A DNA stretch of 10,656 nucleotides from Candidatus Omnitrophota bacterium (GTDB lineage Bacteria; Omnitrophota; Gorgyraeia; JAGLLT01), in contig JAGLLT010000009.1 in the NCBI GenBank assembly GCA_023140385.1, forward strand, positions 1 to 10,656, given 5' to 3'. Of the stretch, positions 5,942 to 10,656 are shown in pieces. Made by a program: the position numbers and the translations under genes. Every line of letters starts with the position of its first letter. Positions within the stretch are counted from its first letter, which is position 1. A model generated the notes under the pieces. That model searched no databases. It worked only from the letters and a program-made list of their open reading frames with translations, and had not been told where the DNA came from.

Positions 5942-7330
5942 ATGGAGTATCGTATAGAAACTGATTTACTTGGTGAAATGGAGATTCCCGCGGATGCTTA
6001 TTGGGGCATTCACAGCCGGAGAGCGCGCGATAATTTTCCTTTTAGCGGCGCCCTTGTTAATCCATCACTAATAACGGCATTAGCTATGGTTAAAAAGGCC
6101 TGTTGTGCGGCTAACGCGGAGTTGGGCTATATCGATAATAAAAGAGCAGAGGCTATAAATAGGGCCTGTGACGAAGTGATAAAAGGAAAGTTCAAAGAGC
6201 AATTTGTAGTGGCTGCCCTGCAGGGAGGAGCCGGCACCTCGACTAATATGAATGTAAATGAGGTTATTAGCAACCGCGCCCTTGAGCTGCTTGGCAAAGA
6301 TAAAGGTGATTGTTCGGTAATTCATCCTATTGAAACGCTTAACCTGCATCAATCAACCAACGATGTCTATCCAACCGCGGTTAAAGTGGCTGTGATTTTT
6401 CAGCTAAAAAAGTTAAGCGCGGGCATTGCGTTACTGCAGGGTGCCTTTCAGAAAAAAGAAAAGGAGTTTGCCGGCATTGTAAAGATTGGCCGCACTGAGC
6501 TTCAGGAGGCGGTCCCGATGACGTTGGGAGCAGAGTTTTCGGCCTTTGCCGGAGCTTTTGCCAGAGACAGATGGCGGGTTTTTAAGTGTGAAGAACGCGT
6601 CCGGACGGTAAACATAGGGGGCACGGCAGTTGGCACCGGCCTGACGGCACCCAGGAGTTATATATTTTTGGTTATTGAGAAATTACGTGAGCTAACGGGG
6701 CTGGGCCTGACGCGGGGAGAAAATCTGGTGGATCATACCGCTAACAGTGATTCCTTTGTTGAGATTTCAGGTATTCTCAAGGCGCACGCGCAAAATTTGA
6801 TAAAGATTGCTAATGACTTAAGGCTGCTTCACCTTCTTAAAGAGATAGAGCTTCCTAAAGCGCAGGCAGGTTCTTCCATTATGCCGGGAAAGGTTAACCC
6901 GGTAATTATGGAAGCGGCTATTCAGGCGGGGCTTAAAGTTATCGCCAATGATTTACTCATCACCGAAGCGGCCTCACGCGGCACCTTTCAGATTAACGAG
7001 TTTATGCCCTTATTATCTCACGCGATTTTAGAGTCTCTCGATATGCTGATAGAAATTAATAATGTTTTTGCCTCTTGTGTTACGGCTATTCAGGCGGGGA
7101 ACAGCAGGCATGTAGAAGCTGTGGAAAGTAGTCTCGCGATTATGACCGCCTTTTTACCGGTTATAGGTTATGAAAAGGCAACAAAACTCCTTAAGGAGTT
7201 CTCGTCTTCACAAGGGAAATCTATTAAAGACTTTTTAACAAATAGATTGGGTAAGGAATTAGTGGATAAAACCCTTTCAGCCGGCAATCTAACCTCTTTA
7301 GGACACAAAGAAAATGCTGAAAACACCTAA
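5942..7330 (+). CDS. aspA: Aspartate ammonia-lyase (fumarase/aspartase superfamily)
   Basis: Motifs RIETDLLG, QGGAGTSTNMNVNEVI, HQSTNDVYPT and GGTAVGTG, plus the superfamily signature GSSIMPGKVNP. Confidence 0.9.
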   Translation: MEYRIETDLLGEMEIPADAYWGIHSRRARDNFPFSGALVNPSLITALAMVKKACCAANAELGYIDNKRAEAINRACDEVIKGKFKEQFVVAALQGGAGTSTNMNVNEVISNRALELLGKDKGDCSVIHPIETLNLHQSTNDVYPTAVKVAVIFQLKKLSAGIALLQGAFQKKEKEFAGIVKIGRTELQEAVPMTLGAEFSAFAGAFARDRWRVFKCEERVRTVNIGGTAVGTGLTAPRSYIFLVIEKLRELTGLGLTRGENLVDHTANSDSFVEISGILKAHAQNLIKIANDLRLLHLLKEIELPKAQAGSSIMPGKVNPVIMEAAIQAGLKVIANDLLITEAASRGTFQINEFMPLLSHAILESLDMLIEINNVFASCVTAIQAGNSRHVEAVESSLAIMTAFLPVIGYEKATKLLKEFSSSQGKSIKDFLTNRLGKELVDKTLSAGNLTSLGHKENAENT

Positions 7331-8594
7331 ATCATTACGTTTGCAGATTGGCTTGTTTGGCCGCGTAAATGTGGGGAAGTCAACTTTTCTTAACTATGTT
7401 TCCTCGCAGGAGGTTTCAATTACTTCTCCTCATCCGGGGACCACTACCGACGTGGTAGAAAAAACTATGGAGTTGCTGCCGGTTGGGCCGGTAGTCTTTT
7501 TAGATACGGCCGGCCTTGATGATGTATCGGTGCTTTCTAAATTAAGGCTGAAAAAGACGCGTAAAATTTTTGAGCGCTCTGACATTTTTGTACTTCTCAC
7601 TGAGCCCGGCATCTGGGGAGAATATGAAAAGCGCATTAAAGAAGAGTCGCTTGCGCGAAATATCCCGCTGATAGTTGTAATAAATAAGATAGACGTTAAA
7701 AAATTAGATGAGGCCTTTGTTAAACAGGTCAATTCTTATAGTCAGCACATAATCATTTGTTCCAGCCTTGATAAAGGCGGGAGAGATGAAGTTATATATC
7801 AATTTAAGCAACATTTAATAGAGGTTTGTCCCGCTGACTTTGTGAATCCGCCGGCCATTATCGGTGATTTAGTGCCGGCAGGCGGGTCCGCGGTACTCAT
7901 TGTGCCTATAGATTTAGAGGCGCCCAAAGGAAGGATTATCCTGCCGCAGGTGCAGGCGATACGCGATCTGCTGGATAATGACGCGGCGGCGTTGGTTGTT
8001 AAGGAAAGAGAATATAAGCCTCTGCTTGATAATCTCAAACGGCCGCCTGATATTGTCGTCTGTGATTCTCAAGTAGTTATGAAAATGGCGGCTGATACCC
8101 CGCCCGCGGTAAAATGTACTACCTTTTCAATACTTTTTTCCAGGTATAAAGGGAATTTAACAGAAGCAGTTAAGGCCGTAGCGGCAATAGATAACCTGAA
8201 GCCGCGCGATAGGGTCTTAATAGCCGAAGCCTGCAGTCATCATCCGATAGAAGATGACATCGGCAGGGTAAAAATTCCCCGTTGGCTGCGTCAGTATGTA
8301 GGAGGAGATTTAAAGATTGATACGTATGCCGGCAGAGATTACCCCGATAACCTGAAAGAGTATAAGTTAATTATTCACTGCGGCGGTTGTATGATAGGCC
8401 GCAGGGAAATGCTAAGCAGAATAAACAGAGCTAAGGAGTCAGGTGTGCCGATAACCAATTACGGGCTGTGCATCTCTTTTTTACATGGAGTCATAGAAAG
8501 AGTTCTTTCGCCTTTCCCGGCGGCGCTTGATATCTTAAAAAGACAAAAACAAGTTAAAAAAGCAGGAGAGGCTTATGCAGACGAAAGCGATTAA
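7314..8594 (+). CDS. hydF: [FeFe]-hydrogenase H-cluster maturation GTPase HydF
   Basis: P-loop GRVNVGKS, PGTTTD, DTAG, NKID and APKGRIILPQVQ. Fe-S motif CSHH...HCGGC. Confidence 0.97.
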   Translation: MLKTPKSLRLQIGLFGRVNVGKSTFLNYVSSQEVSITSPHPGTTTDVVEKTMELLPVGPVVFLDTAGLDDVSVLSKLRLKKTRKIFERSDIFVLLTEPGIWGEYEKRIKEESLARNIPLIVVINKIDVKKLDEAFVKQVNSYSQHIIICSSLDKGGRDEVIYQFKQHLIEVCPADFVNPPAIIGDLVPAGGSAVLIVPIDLEAPKGRIILPQVQAIRDLLDNDAAALVVKEREYKPLLDNLKRPPDIVVCDSQVVMKMAADTPPAVKCTTFSILFSRYKGNLTEAVKAVAAIDNLKPRDRVLIAEACSHHPIEDDIGRVKIPRWLRQYVGGDLKIDTYAGRDYPDNLKEYKLIIHCGGCMIGRREMLSRINRAKESGVPITNYGLCISFLHGVIERVLSPFPAALDILKRQKQVKKAGEAYADESD

Positions 8595-10074
8595 TGTTAA
8601 CTCATGGATAAAAGAACGAATAAAGCCGGAGGAAGTAGATAAATACTTAAAGGCGGACGGAAAAGACTTTATTAATGATAAAGAGATAGAGCAGAATCTG
8701 TCCACCAACACAAAGCCTGATATAAAAAGGATAAAAGACATTATAGACAAATCCTTATCCATCCAAACCCTGACCCTTGAGGAGACGGCCTGTCTTTTAA
8801 ACGCGGAGGATGCCGGAGCGCTCCAGATGATGGCGGAGGCGGCGCTTAAAGTTAAGAAAAAGGTTTATGACAATAGAATCGTAACCTTCGCGCCCTTATA
8901 TTTGTCAAATATTTGTGTAAATGACTGTGCCTATTGCGGCTTTCGCCGCTCAAACACTGACGCCAGCCGCCGTGTACTCTCTCTGGATGAGGTTAAAAAG
9001 GAGATAGAGGCGCTAGCAGGTGAGATAGGCCACAAACGCCTCATTGCCGTTTATGGAGAGCACCCGCTGACTGATGTTGATTATATGGTTCAGACATTAG
9101 AGGCTATTTACGGCGTAAAAGCAAAAACGAAAAACGGATTTGGCCAAATAAGAAGGGTAAATATAAACGCGGCGCCTCTTTCAGTTGAGGCCTTAAAACG
9201 TCTTCATCAGGTTGGCATAGGAACCTATCAGGTTTTTCAGGAGACCTATCATCATCAGACTTACAAGACAGTGCATCCCGAGGGCACTATTAAGGGTAAT
9301 TATAAATGGCGCCTTTACTGCCTGCACAGGGCTATGGAGGCCGGTGTAGATGACGTAGGCCTGGGGGCTTTGTTCGGCCTGTATGATTGGAGGTTTGAGG
9401 TGATGGGGCTGGTGGCGCATTCAAGGGAGCTTGAGGAAAAGTTTGGTATCGGTGCTCACACCATCTCTTTCCCGCGCCTTGAGCCGTCCGAAAATACACC
9501 TTTTTGCGATAACTCAAAATATAAGGTAAGCGACAGGGACTTCATAAAACTTATAACCGTTATCAGGCTGGCCGTTCCCCATACGGGTATGATTATTACC
9601 GCCCGCGAGACGGCGGAGATGAGAAGGAAGTCGCTTTCTCTGGGGATTACGCAGACAGATGCTTCGAGTAAGATAGGCATCGGCGCCTATAGCGAACGCG
9701 GCTCAGGACAGGAGGGTTCGAGACAGCAATTTTTCCTGGGTGATACGCGCAGTCTGGATGAGGTGATAAGAGAGTTTGCCGATATGGGGTGTATTACTTC
9801 CTTCTGTACCGCCGGCTACAGGTGCGGGCGGACAGGTAAATGCATTATGGACCTTTTGAGAACGGGCAAAGAGGGGCAGTTTTGCAAACTAAATGCCGTT
9901 CTTACTTTCAGGGAGTGGCTTAACGACTTTGCCGGCGAAGAGACTAAAAAAGCGGGAGAGAAGGTTATTGAGAGGGAGATAAAGGAAGTCAAGGTGGCAA
10001 TGCCCGGCATATTTTCTAACTTTATGGACTACTATGAGCGGATTAAAAAAGGGGAGCGGGACCTCTACTTTTAA
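8575..10074 (+). CDS. hydG: [FeFe]-hydrogenase H-cluster radical SAM maturase HydG
   Basis: Radical SAM motif FAPLYLSNICVNDCAYCGF, FQETY and GAHTISFPR. C-terminal auxiliary-cluster motif SFCTAGYRCGRTG...FC. The C-terminal extension distinguishes it from ThiH. Confidence 0.96.
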   Translation: MQTKAINVNSWIKERIKPEEVDKYLKADGKDFINDKEIEQNLSTNTKPDIKRIKDIIDKSLSIQTLTLEETACLLNAEDAGALQMMAEAALKVKKKVYDNRIVTFAPLYLSNICVNDCAYCGFRRSNTDASRRVLSLDEVKKEIEALAGEIGHKRLIAVYGEHPLTDVDYMVQTLEAIYGVKAKTKNGFGQIRRVNINAAPLSVEALKRLHQVGIGTYQVFQETYHHQTYKTVHPEGTIKGNYKWRLYCLHRAMEAGVDDVGLGALFGLYDWRFEVMGLVAHSRELEEKFGIGAHTISFPRLEPSENTPFCDNSKYKVSDRDFIKLITVIRLAVPHTGMIITARETAEMRRKSLSLGITQTDASSKIGIGAYSERGSGQEGSRQQFFLGDTRSLDEVIREFADMGCITSFCTAGYRCGRTGKCIMDLLRTGKEGQFCKLNAVLTFREWLNDFAGEETKKAGEKVIEREIKEVKVAMPGIFSNFMDYYERIKKGERDLYF

Positions 10075-10110
10075 TTAAGAATGACCCATAAAAAAGGTTT
10101 GTGAAATAAG

Positions 10111-10656
10111 GTGACAGCAAAAGAAATTTTAAAGTACCTGCGGGCAGATAAAAAGGCCGCGCTCATGAAAAGAGCGGATGAGATTAGAAAAGAGTACTGC
10201 GGCAATAAAGTTATCTTGCGGGGGTTGATAGAGTTTTCCAATTACTGCGTCAGAAATTGCCTTTACTGCGGCTTAAGAAGGGATAATGGGAGCTTAAGGC
10301 GCTACAGGATGAAGCCGTCTGAAATTATTAAAGCCTCTTATGGCGCCTGCGAAGAAGGAATGAAGACGTTAGTATTCCAGTCGGGAGACGACTTTTATTA
10401 TGGAGTTGATGTACTTTGCAGTATAATAAAAGACATAAAAAGGAAATTTCCCGATACGGCCATTACTCTCTCGGTCGGTGAGCGGCCGGATGATGAGTAT
10501 AAGGCCTTCTTTGATTGCGGGGCAGACAGGTATTTATTAAGGCATGAAACGATGAACGAGAGGCTTTATAAAAAACTACATCCCGGCCAGTCGTTAAAGG
10601 AGAGAATAAGGATACTCGAGTTTTTAAGGAAAACAGGCTATCAGGTGGGAGCGGGT
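10111..10656 (+). CDS. hydE: [FeFe]-hydrogenase H-cluster radical SAM maturase HydE (N-terminal part; continues beyond the window)
   Basis: Not in the ORF track because it has no stop in the window. Open frame from GTG at 10111: (M)TAKEILKYL...RADEIRKEYCGNKVILRGLIEFSNYCVRNCLYCGLRRDN...FQSGDD...ITLSVGE...GADRYLLRHET...LHPGQS...GYQVGAG. The start codon is inferred. Confidence 0.93.
   Translation, partial: MTAKEILKYLRADKKAALMKRADEIRKEYCGNKVILRGLIEFSNYCVRNCLYCGLRRDNGSLRRYRMKPSEIIKASYGACEEGMKTLVFQSGDDFYYGVDVLCSIIKDIKRKFPDTAITLSVGERPDDEYKAFFDCGADRYLLRHETMNERLYKKLHPGQSLKERIRILEFLRKTGYQVGAG

Noticed and set aside
677..10010. Short alternative-frame and antisense ORFs from the track (e.g. 677-862, 2400-2585, 3073-3450, 4128-4487, 7430-7732, 9816-10010)
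   Set aside because: All lie within well-supported genes and show no recognisable motifs, as expected for shadow ORFs.
10081..10110. Mini-ORF MTHKKGL-TGA in frame with hydE, suggesting read-through, selenocysteine or TGA recoding
   Set aside because: No in-frame TGA interrupts any long gene in the window, no SECIS-like hairpin is evident, and the GTG at 10111 gives a normal HydE N-terminus.
10099..10117. Perfect Rex half-site TTGTGAA just before hydE
   Set aside because: There is no matching right half at the 4-nt spacing and no nearby promoter.
8575..10656. Alternative calls of ThiH (for hydG) and BioB (for hydE)
   Set aside because: The HydG C-terminal auxiliary-cluster motif, the HydE motifs (RGLIEFSNYC, RYLLRHET) and the hydA/hydF context support the maturase calls.

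Overview
All genes lie on the + strand. The window opens with the 3' end of an Ig-like/extracellular-type gene and a secreted PEP-CTERM protein. These are followed by an [FeFe]-hydrogenase locus: a consensus sigma70 promoter with a putative Rex operator, then rex, hydC (NuoE-like), hydB (short NuoF/HoxF-like) and hydA (H-cluster). After a 373-bp spacer comes the maturation block: TM1266-family regulator, aspA, hydF, hydG and hydE (cut off by the window end). Three things stand out. (1) The spacer holds a structured leader with mutually exclusive terminator and antiterminator helices that matches no riboswitch class I recognise and sits where it could gate the maturases. (2) The spacer also holds a ~145-nt inverted repeat built from heptamer units. 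(3) The diaphorase module looks non-bifurcating and HoxF-like, and its NuoE-like subunit has lost two canonical [2Fe-2S] cysteines. All calls come from motif recognition by eye; no searches or folding programs were run.
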